DNA of 64,000 bases from an uncultured Smithella sp. (GTDB taxonomy: Bacteria; Desulfobacterota; Syntrophia; Syntrophales; Smithellaceae), in assembly GCA_964539765.1 (NCBI GenBank), contig CAZIJZ010000003.1:12734-76733 (forward strand). The letters run 5' to 3'. Position 1 is the first letter of the stretch. Each line of letters starts with the position of its first letter. Positions 47,472 to 55,659 of the stretch are shown in pieces. A program made the translations under genes and the position numbers. The notes under the pieces were generated by a model. The model had not been told where the DNA came from. It saw only the letters and a program-made list of their open reading frames with translations, and searched no databases.

Positions 47472-48005
47472 ATGTTCAGAAGGAAAGTCATGTTATTGGG
47501 CGTGCTGTTGTGCTTCGTCATCCATGTGCCTGTTTATGCCGGCGATGGCATTGAGACCGCCGGTGAAGTTCTTACCTTCCTTTTACCGGCCGCCGCCGCA
47601 GGCTTGACGGTCAGTTCTATGGATACCCAAGGCATGTTACAGCTTGGAAAATCAGCGGCACTTGCGCTGGGTGTATCTTACGGCCTGAAATACACAGTTG
47701 ATGAGAAACGTCCTAATGGAGAAGATTATTCCTTTCCCTCCAATCACGCTTCAATTGCCTTTGCCTCTGCCGAGTTCATGCGCAAACGCTATGGATGGGA
47801 GTTCGGAATACCGGCATACCTCGCCGCGGTTTTTGTCGCTTACAGCCGGGTTGAATCGGAACAGCACTATACCCATGACGTTGTTGCCGGAGCGGCCATC
47901 GGTATCGTGAGCAGTTATCTTTTTACACAGCCATACAAAGGCTGGCGCGTCAGTCTGGATTATGACCATGAATACTACGGGATTATCTTGAGCTGTACCT
48001 TCTAG
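47472..48005 (+). CDS. PAP2-family phosphatase (membrane/periplasmic)
   Basis: 177 aa with a signal peptide. The PAP2 motifs are KRPNG, PSNH and SRVESEQHYTHDV. Confidence 0.85.
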   Translation: MFRRKVMLLGVLLCFVIHVPVYAGDGIETAGEVLTFLLPAAAAGLTVSSMDTQGMLQLGKSAALALGVSYGLKYTVDEKRPNGEDYSFPSNHASIAFASAEFMRKRYGWEFGIPAYLAAVFVAYSRVESEQHYTHDVVAGAAIGIVSSYLFTQPYKGWRVSLDYDHEYYGIILSCTF

Positions 48006-48165
48006 TGACACCCGCTAAGAGCAAGTGAAACGCAGTTCGAAGCGTCGGTGGTAGTGAGGCAAGCTGAAGACAAGTGCAACGAAATATGAAGCGTAAGCCG
48101 CACTATCCAATCCCGATTTATCGGGATTGGAAACTATCCCGGGCACGAAGTGCCGCGGGACAACC
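48003..48165 (+). repeat. REP-like modular element, long copy
   Basis: Two homologous subunits of about 48 nt both begin with tagtga. Next comes a tccaatcccga/tcgggattgga hairpin flanked by a duplicated ACTATCC. The copy ends with cccgGGCACgaaGTGCCgcggg (48138-48159). It matches 54854-54950 (reverse complement), 8597-8677 (reverse complement), 50447-50470 and 51175-51265. Confidence 0.85.
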
Positions 48166-48188
48166 TAACAAACTGATCTTTTAACAAG

Positions 48189-48238
48189 GAAAATAGAACG
48201 TTGAACATAGAACTATCTTTTTAATGAGACTCGCTAAG
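48189..48238 (+). repeat. heptamer array (GAACRTW x4) plus conserved ctttttaatgagactcgctaag block
   Basis: gaaaata gaacgtt gaacata gaactat. The stretch 48199-48236 is near-identical to 51155-51192. Confidence 0.85.
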
Positions 48239-49066
48239 ATGGAAGCATTCACTTATAAAAACCTCCAAATACTCTACAAAAAAACAGGCAACGGCAAACC
48301 GATGATCTTTCTGCACAACGGCGGCAACTCGCACATCATCTGGGATCATCAAGTCGAATACTTTTCCCGCACCCACACCTGCTACGCTTTCGATCTGCCG
48401 GGCTACGGCATGTCGGTAAACCCCGATATCAGATATCCCCTCGAAATCTACACGAGTTTCCTTGATGCTTTCATTGCCGGGCAAAACCTGGCGCCCGTTA
48501 CCCTCGTGGGCAACTGCATCGGCAGCGCCACATCCTTGACCTACGCCATGAAAAACCCCGACAATGTGGCAAGGCTCGTTCTCTTCAACATTCTGACCCG
48601 AAAAACAGTATGGGACGGCACATGGGGAATCTTCTTCAAACTCACCGCACCCGTGCCAAAGATGCGCGAACTCCTGCACAACGGATTCGGCAACTGGAAA
48701 ATTCCGCAACCCGTCGCGCACTATTCCGTTGTCAGCCAATTCGGCGACCGCGGCTATCGCGACCCGGACTTGATCAAAGCATTAAAAAAACACTACAGTC
48801 AGAAAGGGCAGCTTGGCGCGCTGATAGACATCCTGGCGGATATCGAATCATTCGGGCCGATGGATAATTTTGAAATACCCGCAAAATTCCCCGGGACGCT
48901 CGTTATCTGGGGAGAAAAAAACAAAGTACTGCCGGCAAAAGCAGGGCAAATCCTTTGCGAAAGACTCAAACCCCGCAAACTGGAAATCATCAAAGGAGGC
49001 GGGCACGTCGTCATGCACGAACTGCATCAGGAGATTAATGACATACTGAAAGAGTTTATTGGTTAG
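48239..49066 (+). CDS. alpha/beta-hydrolase-fold protein with Cys in the nucleophile elbow
   Basis: HNGG oxyanion motif and an elbow reading GNCIGS (GxCxG). I prefer the start at 48239 (MEAFTYK) because the track ATG at 48224 lies inside the dispersed repeat block aatgagactcgctaag. Confidence 0.75.
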   Translation: MEAFTYKNLQILYKKTGNGKPMIFLHNGGNSHIIWDHQVEYFSRTHTCYAFDLPGYGMSVNPDIRYPLEIYTSFLDAFIAGQNLAPVTLVGNCIGSATSLTYAMKNPDNVARLVLFNILTRKTVWDGTWGIFFKLTAPVPKMRELLHNGFGNWKIPQPVAHYSVVSQFGDRGYRDPDLIKALKKHYSQKGQLGALIDILADIESFGPMDNFEIPAKFPGTLVIWGEKNKVLPAKAGQILCERLKPRKLEIIKGGGHVVMHELHQEINDILKEFIG

Positions 49067-49210
49067 GGAGGAAAGAAAATGGCGATTCGTATTGTTCAAC
49101 CCGGACGTGCCAGGCAAAGAGGTGAAGGCATTCGTTTCGGCACCGTCAGGAGAACGCCGCGCGGCGTCCAAATCAGATAAACTTTTTATATCGACGGATG
49201 GCAAAGGATT

Positions 49211-50365
49211 TCAGGAAACGTAAACAATCGGATCGCCGGTTTCCATCTTGACGGGTTCCGGTCTGTAAACAACCACCCTGTATCTTCCCGATTGCTTGGC
49301 CTGATAGAGGGCCTTATCGGCGCACGAGACAATGTAATCCGGCCGCGTGTCCTGCTCCGGAATACAGCTCATGATTCCGGCGCTGATGGTGGTTGCCAGC
49401 CGGTTGCCCTGAAAATAAAGAGCAAGCGATTCAATGTTTGCTCTGGCCTGCTCCGCCAACACGCCGGCGTTTCGGGCTGAGATGCCCGGCAGCAGCACAA
49501 TAAACTCCTCGCCGCCGTAGCGGGCGACAATATCATAATCCCTTTTAAAAACCGCATCCAGCATCGCCGCCATTCTTGTCAGATATTGATCACCGGCCTG
49601 GTGGCCGAACGTATCATTGATATTTTTAAAATAATCAATGTCGAAAATAATGACGGAAAGAATAGCCTGGTTGCGGCCGGAGCGTTTCCATTCCACATCG
49701 AGCGCCTGGTCGAAATAACGCCGGTTATAAAGACCGGTCAGCACATCCGTATTGCTCAGGCGCGCCAGTTCCGCGGATTTTAATTCCAGCAGATGTTCAT
49801 TTTCGAGCGCTTCCCAGTATTCCCGATTTCCCCGGTAGGTGATAATCACCATATAAACGGAAAATAAAATAACCATCATGCCGAGCGTTATATTGGATCT
49901 GGTGATCAGCATGGGAAGAGCGCCCGGCAGCAGCATCAACAGGTTATAAATGATGGCAAGCCGCCTGTATGGCATGAACGCGAGCACGCCGCCGGCGCAA
50001 AGACCGCATATCACGACAGGCATCAGCATTTTCGTGGCATACTCGTTTTGCTGAACCATGATCACCGCGAAGGCGATTCCCCAGACCAGGGCGCTGGCCG
50101 TGACGCTGATATAAAAAATATTTCTATTTAATGCCTCGTAACGGTTGTCCGTTTTTTTGGAAATAAAAAGGTGGGCAAGCCGGAAAAAGCAAACACCCAG
50201 CATCGACAAAAGAAACAACGCGGAAAAAAGAGGATGCCTGTCATAATAACCATTCTCAACGACAATGATGAACGCCACGATGAGATAAAAGAAAATCCCG
50301 AACGTGGAACGCTTTTTCAGATCCTGCAACACCCGCCTGTTCACTTTGTGCCGTTCAAATGTCAT
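49211..50365 (-). CDS. membrane-bound diguanylate cyclase (GGDEF)
   Basis: 384 aa with about 6 N-terminal TM helices. The GGDEF domain has the active site RYGGEEF. Confidence 0.9.
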   Translation of the reverse strand: MTFERHKVNRRVLQDLKKRSTFGIFFYLIVAFIIVVENGYYDRHPLFSALFLLSMLGVCFFRLAHLFISKKTDNRYEALNRNIFYISVTASALVWGIAFAVIMVQQNEYATKMLMPVVICGLCAGGVLAFMPYRRLAIIYNLLMLLPGALPMLITRSNITLGMMVILFSVYMVIITYRGNREYWEALENEHLLELKSAELARLSNTDVLTGLYNRRYFDQALDVEWKRSGRNQAILSVIIFDIDYFKNINDTFGHQAGDQYLTRMAAMLDAVFKRDYDIVARYGGEEFIVLLPGISARNAGVLAEQARANIESLALYFQGNRLATTISAGIMSCIPEQDTRPDYIVSCADKALYQAKQSGRYRVVVYRPEPVKMETGDPIVYVS

Positions 50366-50446
50366 GAATTATTCTGCTTGTGATTTTTATAGTGCTTGTT
50401 GGAGGGCCACTGTATACGAAAAATCTCCATCTGCCAATAAAAAATA

Positions 50447-50566
50447 TCCCAGGCACGAAGTGCCGCGGGGCATCCTGGTCCCCTGATCTTTTAACGTAGA
50501 ACATAGAACAGTTCTTTCTATTCACTCTTCACTATTCACATTTCACAGTTATTCTTCAGTCTTCAA
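50447..50566 (+). repeat. composite repeat: GGCAC-GAA-GTGCC hairpin, ctgatcttttaac block, GAACATA units, then NNTTCAC x7 heptamer array
   Basis: cccaggcacgaagtgccgcgggg lies at 50448-50470. The heptamer array tattcac tcttcac tattcac atttcac agttatt cttcagt cttcaac lies at 50518-50566. Confidence 0.85.
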
Positions 50567-50632
50567 CCTAACCCAGGTTTCACTAATGAAGTTCTGTCTT
50601 GACAAATACTTGTTTTGTGATACATTGTATAC

Positions 50633-50902
50633 ATGATCAAATATGAAGATGAAGTTTTAAAAAGTATCAAAAAAAGCAAGTTGCCAAAAGATATTTTTAT
50701 ATTATTTCATCATGCATTCATTGCTCTGGAAACAACAAATGATCTCAACTTATTCGATATAAAGCGGTTACGGTCAAATAAAAAAAGAACTTATTACAGA
50801 CTGAGGAAGAATAAATATCGTGCAATATTTTATATTGAGAATGATAATTATTTCGTAATCAGCATAGCAAAGAGGGAAGAGGTGTACAAACAATGGGAAT
50901 AA
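50633..50902 (+). CDS. RelE/ParE-superfamily type II toxin
   Basis: 89 aa. The C-terminal pattern YRLRKNKYRAIFYIENDNYFVISIAKREEVYK is typical of RelE-fold toxins. Confidence 0.75.
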   Translation: MIKYEDEVLKSIKKSKLPKDIFILFHHAFIALETTNDLNLFDIKRLRSNKKRTYYRLRKNKYRAIFYIENDNYFVISIAKREEVYKQWE

Positions 50903-51111
50903 TATCTGTGCGACTCAATTCTCAGGAAGAAAAAGTGATAAAAAAATTAGTAGAGTATTATGATGAAGATAGGTCAAAATTATTAAAAAGATCACTTTTT
51001 GAACTGTATGAAAATATTGTTGATGGGAATGTGATTTTGAAATATGAAAAAAAAGAATCCGCAAGAAAGGCAAAATTTCACTCAGCAGAGGAAATATTAA
51101 AGACAATATAA
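50893..51111 (+). CDS. ribbon-helix-helix antitoxin
   Basis: 72 aa. The N-terminal beta-strand plus helices (ISVRLNSQEEKVIKKLVEYYDEDRSKLLKRSLFELYE) fit RHH. It overlaps the toxin gene by 10 nt. Confidence 0.7.
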   Translation: MGIISVRLNSQEEKVIKKLVEYYDEDRSKLLKRSLFELYENIVDGNVILKYEKKESARKAKFHSAEEILKTI

Positions 51112-51154
51112 TTCATATAGGAAATGGTTCTGTTTAATCTTAGGATCTTTAAAC

Positions 51155-51265
51155 CTTGAACATAGAACTTCTTTTTAATGAGACTCGCTAAGCGCGATTG
51201 GAATGAGGCGCGAAGCGCTGGTGGAACTATCCCCGAAGGGTAAGCGGAGCGGGAAAGCGGACAAC
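51155..51265 (+). repeat. REP-like modular element copy
   Basis: ccttgaacatagaacttctttttaatgagactcgctaag is followed by gcgaagcgctggtggaactatcccc. It is homologous to 48199-48236 and to 48036-48140. Confidence 0.8.
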
Positions 51266-51400
51266 TGCTCAATTGATAAAGGGCAACTTGAAATAAAATC
51301 TTTGCCGATATAAAAAACAGGGCGCTGTCCCTCGTTTGAGTTCGATTTTTTGATAGGTGTCTTTTGGGGACTATCAAGAAAGACAAATAATTATTCATAA

Positions 51401-52216
51401 GTGATGCGAATTATGAAGACTGAAAATGTTTCTTGGACACGCACGCACCTGTTGATTGCGCTCAATCTCTACTGCAAAATTCCTTACGGCAAGTTCCATA
51501 ACCGTAACCCAATGATTGCGGATGTAGCGGCAAGAATGGGACGGACGACAAACAGTCTCGCAATGAAGTTGAGTAACTTTGCTTCATTAGACCCGGTACA
51601 TCGTGCGCGTGGTGTAAAAGGACTTGAGGGTGCTTCTCAGCGTGATCGGCAGTTATGGATTGAGTTTAACGATAATCCAGAACGGTTAATGCCGGAAAGC
51701 GAGCAACTCCTGCATGATCTTTATACGATGGATCAGGATAAAGAAGTCGATATCGTTGACGCAGAAATGATTCGTGTGGCAACGCCATCAGATCTATTTG
51801 TCGGCCCAACAGAAACAAAAGCAATGGTTAGTATTCGACGTGGTCAGCAATTCTTCCGGCAGGCAATTCTAGCGGCTTACGATATTGCTTGCTGTATTTC
51901 TGGCGTAAATATTTCAACACTTTTAGTAGCAAGTCACATTAGGCCGTGGAAATTATTTCCGGAAGAACGCCTGAATCTTAGGAATGGTCTGTGTCTTTCT
52001 TCCATTCATGATGTGGCTTTTGATCAGGGGCTTCTGACCTTGGATGATCAATTTCGCGTAGTGCTGAGTCGTGCGTTACGAGAAAGAATGGACAATCGTG
52101 AATGGCGTATATTCTTTGTTCCGTACGAGGGCCAGAAAATTAGCCTGCCGAACAAGTTAGCTGAACCAGATCCTATGGCACTTGAGTACCATAGGACACA
52201 TATATTTGAGAAATAA
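51401..52216 (+). CDS. HNH endonuclease (HNH_2-type, restriction-endonuclease-like)
   Basis: 271 aa. The C-terminal motifs are SHIRPW and NGLCLSSIHDVAFDQG. The N-terminal domain block MGRTTNSLAMKLSNFASLDP is common in this family. Alternative starts lie at 51404 and 51413. Confidence 0.8.
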   Translation: MMRIMKTENVSWTRTHLLIALNLYCKIPYGKFHNRNPMIADVAARMGRTTNSLAMKLSNFASLDPVHRARGVKGLEGASQRDRQLWIEFNDNPERLMPESEQLLHDLYTMDQDKEVDIVDAEMIRVATPSDLFVGPTETKAMVSIRRGQQFFRQAILAAYDIACCISGVNISTLLVASHIRPWKLFPEERLNLRNGLCLSSIHDVAFDQGLLTLDDQFRVVLSRALRERMDNREWRIFFVPYEGQKISLPNKLAEPDPMALEYHRTHIFEK

Positions 52217-52283
52217 TAGGAAATAATCGGGGGCGGTGCTATTTAAATAAAATCGGACAGGTACAATTATCTCCTCTGCCGGG

Positions 52284-53090
52284 ATGATCAAAATGCGCTT
52301 TGATCCTTTGCAAATATTTCAAAAAAGTAAATCACCGGCCGGGCTTTATGCGCGCAAGAAGTGGTTGGATGAAGCCGAAACGTCCGCCTGGCAAAATGAC
52401 TTTCAGGAAACCGTGTCTTCTCTGATGAAGGGTCAATCCGCCGATGGTTCATGGTTTCAATCACCGGTTGAAACGATCAGGCGTTTGTTTGGCCTGCATC
52501 TCACGGTTCGGGAAAGAACAGCCAATATCGATAAAGCTCTGGGCTGGCTGATCCACAAAACATTAAACAATAATCTTTCCGAAGCGCCGGATGCGAATTT
52601 GCCATCTGATATTTTTCGGGAATTGCCTTTCATCAAAGCGCAGGATAAATTAACCCTGATCTGTGCAGCGCTTTTTCTTGCTTGCGTGTTCCGGCTGGAA
52701 AACGATCAGCCGGTGGTGACGCATTATAAGTTGCTCACCCTGTGGCTTGACGATCACGCGGGCCGTGCGGATGTATGGACGGACAAAAGCAACATTCTGC
52801 GGGCAATGATTGTTCATCCTGTGTACGCGAATGATCCCGCCATGTTGAAACTTGTTGATGATCTGGGCGAAAATCAGGAACCGTCAGGAATCTGGCCGGC
52901 GCCAATCCCTTTTTTTCTGACTGTAAACGCTCTGGCTCATTTGAACCTGGAATCGGCGCACCGTCAATGGCTCAAGGCATTTCCTTTTTTGCTGGATTCA
53001 CAGAAGAAAGACGGCTCGTGGGGTGATCAGGATGTTCAATGGAATACTTTTCTGATTGTTCACGCTTTGAAAAATAAGAAGTGTTTGTAA
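52284..53090 (+). CDS. hypothetical protein, possible alpha/alpha-toroid (prenyltransferase/terpene-cyclase-like repeat) fold
   Basis: 268 aa with repeated DGSW-type motifs: QSADGSWFQ, EPSGIWPAP and QKKDGSWGDQ. Confidence 0.5.
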   Translation: MIKMRFDPLQIFQKSKSPAGLYARKKWLDEAETSAWQNDFQETVSSLMKGQSADGSWFQSPVETIRRLFGLHLTVRERTANIDKALGWLIHKTLNNNLSEAPDANLPSDIFRELPFIKAQDKLTLICAALFLACVFRLENDQPVVTHYKLLTLWLDDHAGRADVWTDKSNILRAMIVHPVYANDPAMLKLVDDLGENQEPSGIWPAPIPFFLTVNALAHLNLESAHRQWLKAFPFLLDSQKKDGSWGDQDVQWNTFLIVHALKNKKCL

Positions 53091-53126
53091 TAAGGTGACG
53101 GTTCTGTTTTATTCTTTCGCAGAAGG

Positions 53127-53759
53127 CTACAATGTAGGCGGCCACAAGCCTTCTCTTTCAGCCCGCCTTTTTATTACATCCGCCGAAACGCCAAACGGCC
53201 TACAAATCGTTGGTGAAACTCTTGATAAAACGGCATCAGGATCATTCTCTAAATAATCTGTCAGATTGTTTTCTTTGATAATGGTGGTGGCTTGTTCGAT
53301 AGCTGAAACTAAATCCAAATGCGGCACTAAAAGCCTACCGGCAAATTCATTGGCCTGCCACTCAAAATTACTATATTCATTTTCAGGCACATTAAGGATG
53401 AAGTTTTTCCATGCCGCTGGATCAATTAAATCAAAAGAAGCAAATACTTCCTTATGCAAAAAGAAATGACCCAGTTCATGCGCAAATGAAAAGCGTAGTC
53501 GATTGGCAAATTTCTCATCCATGTAAAAATCATAGTCAACAACGATTGCAGTCAAATCCATTTCAAGATACGCATCCATGTCTATTGACGAGAATAATCC
53601 ACGTTTCGGTTTAATGAGAAGATTGAGCCGAAATTCAACAATTTTTTCTATGTTGATCGGCAGAGTTCCTTCCGGCCAGTAAGTTTTTCTAATGTCGTCG
53701 GCAAAAGACCAAAGTTCACTTTTGTCAATCCATTTGCACCTGAAATCGCTGGGTTCCAA
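53127..53759 (-). CDS. ImmA/IrrE-family zinc metallopeptidase
   Basis: 210 aa with the HExxH motif HELGHFFLH. It lies 3 nt downstream of the XRE gene. Confidence 0.85.
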   Translation of the reverse strand: MEPSDFRCKWIDKSELWSFADDIRKTYWPEGTLPINIEKIVEFRLNLLIKPKRGLFSSIDMDAYLEMDLTAIVVDYDFYMDEKFANRLRFSFAHELGHFFLHKEVFASFDLIDPAAWKNFILNVPENEYSNFEWQANEFAGRLLVPHLDLVSAIEQATTIIKENNLTDYLENDPDAVLSRVSPTICRPFGVSADVIKRRAEREGLWPPTL

Positions 53760-53762
53760 GTG

Positions 53763-54167
53763 TCAATCCTCCTTTTTAATCATATCGATTAACTTGTCCA
53801 GTTCTTCGGCTGTCGGTTTGTCACTCCTGATTGTGCGGAAGAATATGGGCAGGGCTTTTAAAACATCTGCATCTGAACGGATATCTTCAGGAATAATGCC
53901 AGCATCAATGTTGGCGAGATCTTTCATTTCATTCCATGCGTCGGTGCCAATTTTAATGCCCAATACTTTTGCAATTTTTTTTAATTTTTCTTCATCCTGC
54001 GGTGGAGCTAATAATCCTCTTTCAATTTTACTCCAGTTGCTGGCATCCATCTCGGCAAGTTTACAAAACTCTCTAAGGCTTATTTCTTTACTGAGCCTTA
54101 TTTCTTTGATATATTCTCCATACATAAAGATTCCCCCTATCTTTTTATGTTTTTTAACTCGGTTCAA
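53763..54167 (-). CDS. XRE-family HTH transcriptional regulator
   Basis: 134 aa with the HTH ISLREFCKLAEMDASNWSKIERG. Confidence 0.85.
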   Translation of the reverse strand: MNRVKKHKKIGGIFMYGEYIKEIRLSKEISLREFCKLAEMDASNWSKIERGLLAPPQDEEKLKKIAKVLGIKIGTDAWNEMKDLANIDAGIIPEDIRSDADVLKALPIFFRTIRSDKPTAEELDKLIDMIKKED

Positions 54168-54176
54168 AAGTCACGC

Positions 54177-54214
54177 GTGGTAAAATATTAACCACGTGGT
54201 TTTAGTATAACCAC
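54177..54214. promoter_or_regulatory. two abutting GTGGT-N9-ACCAC operators
   Basis: gtggtaaaatattaaccac (54177-54195) is immediately followed by gtggttttagtataaccac (54196-54214). They sit in the divergent region between the XRE gene and the flavin-reductase-like gene. Confidence 0.6.
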
Positions 54215-54255
54215 ACGCAATAAAAAGTCAAGTAATAATATTGAAGGAGATTATT

Positions 54256-54756
54256 ATGAAAAATCTAAATTACACTCGCATTGCTGATGACGCGATGAGC
54301 AAAATCAAGAAAGGAGCTTTTTTAACAGTTAAGGCTGCGGATGCGCTCAATACCATGACCATCGGCTGGGCCACTTTCGGAGTTATCTGGCAAAAACCGA
54401 TCATGATGGTGGCCGTGCGCGATTCGCGTCATACGTTTAATATTATCGAAAAGGCCCAGGACTTTACAGTTACAATACCTTCAGGTGATCTGAGCAAGGC
54501 CATCGCTTTTTGCGGATCAAAATCAGGACGGGATGTGGATAAGTTCAAGATGTGCAATCTGGAAACGGCAGACGGGCAGAAGGTTGCATCGCCGATCATC
54601 AAGGTGCCGGGGGTTCATTATGAGTGCAGGATAGTTTACAAATCCGCCATGAATCCGACGCATCTGGATAAAGATTATGATAAGTCTCTCTATCCGCAAA
54701 AAGATTATCACACCCTTTATTTTGGCGAGATTGTGGCTTGTTACGAAACAGAGTGA
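54256..54756 (+). CDS. flavin reductase-like (FMN-binding split-barrel) domain protein
   Basis: About 166 aa. The block NTMTIGWATFGVIWQKPIMMVAVRDSRHT fits the family pattern. The ATG at 54256 lies 6 nt after gaaggag. The track start at 54241 is a TTG inside the RBS. Confidence 0.65.
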   Translation: MKNLNYTRIADDAMSKIKKGAFLTVKAADALNTMTIGWATFGVIWQKPIMMVAVRDSRHTFNIIEKAQDFTVTIPSGDLSKAIAFCGSKSGRDVDKFKMCNLETADGQKVASPIIKVPGVHYECRIVYKSAMNPTHLDKDYDKSLYPQKDYHTLYFGEIVACYETE

Positions 54757-54770
54757 AAGCATAGGTGATT

Positions 54771-54995
54771 AGGCTGAAGACCGAAGACTGAAGGAAAAAC
54801 TGTGAAGAGTGAAGAGAGAATGGTGAAGAAGACAACTGTGAAGGGTGAAGAGTGTCCCACGGCACTGCGTGCCTGGGATAGTTTGCCTTACGCTTCGAAC
54901 TACGCTTTACTTGTTCTCAGCGGGTGTCACTATCAGCTTGGCTCACTAGCTGGTGAATGGTGAATAGAAAAAATAAGTTCTAAGTTCAACGTCGA
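54771..54995. repeat. composite repeat: purine-rich heptamer array, inverted REP-like element, GGTGAAT/TTCNAVG heptamers
   Basis: The purine-rich heptamer array (54771-54852) runs aagaccg aagactg ... aagagtg aagagag aatggtg. The REP-like element 54854-54950 is the reverse complement of the 48003 element. The stretch 54951-54995 reads ggtgaatggtgaatagaaaaaataagttctaagttcaacg. Confidence 0.85.
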
Positions 54996-55108
54996 AAACC
55001 AGTGGATGGTGGTCCGAATATGAATGAAAACATTGATGAAATATGGTATAAAAAATTTAAATTATTATCCATAAAATAGGCTTTTTCTGATTCTCAGCAG
55101 GGTTTGCC

Positions 55109-55659
55109 ATGAATAAAAAAACAGATATATGGAAACCGGTTTTTACTATTAATGCAGTGATCGCACGCGCGTTAATGGATATCGAAGCGGCCAAAGCCGT
55201 GGTTGAGAATACAGTTTTATCTCCTGCCGCTGAATCCCAATTGCGTCATCAGGCGCGCATCCGGTCAACGCATTATTCAACGCGCATCGAAGGAAATAAA
55301 CTGACGTTAAAAGAAGCGCAGGAGGTGATCGAAAAAAAGCAAACAGGTTTTCATGGCCGTGAACGGGATGTTCAGGAAGTACGTAATTACTGGGATGCGC
55401 TGATCAAGGTGGAAGAATGGGCAAGTAAGAAAACGGAATTTTCTGAGGATTTGATCAAAAAACTGCACGCAATAGTTGATAAAGGCAGGCGCGCAAAACC
55501 AACACCATACCGCGATGGCCAAAATGTTATTCGCGATTCTGCTTAAAAAAATGGGTGGAAGACGGCTGGTTAATCGTTGCTGATCAATCTAATCGGGGCC
55601 GGGCATATATTTTATCGGCAATTTATCGGAAATTTGTCGGCAATCTGCCGACAGAGTAG
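55109..55659 (+). pseudogene. Fic-family gene with internal deletion of the catalytic core
   Basis: An N-terminal Fic_N-like 145 aa (STHYSTRIEGNKLTLKEAQEVI ... YRDGQNVIRDS) stops at 55544-55546. A C-terminal wHTH-like tail, KKWVEDGWLIVADQSNRGRAYILS, continues in another frame to 55659. No HPFxxGNGR motif occurs anywhere. Confidence 0.7.

Noticed and set aside
47225-47521. 98-aa minus-strand ORF upstream of the PAP2 gene
   Set aside because: It overlaps the PAP2 start region and has low-complexity, AT-biased translation. It has no RBS or motif.
53127-54167. ImmA/XRE pair as evidence of a prophage or ICE
   Set aside because: The window contains no integrase, excisionase, conjugation genes or phage structural genes, and no flanking att-like repeats are specific to this pair.
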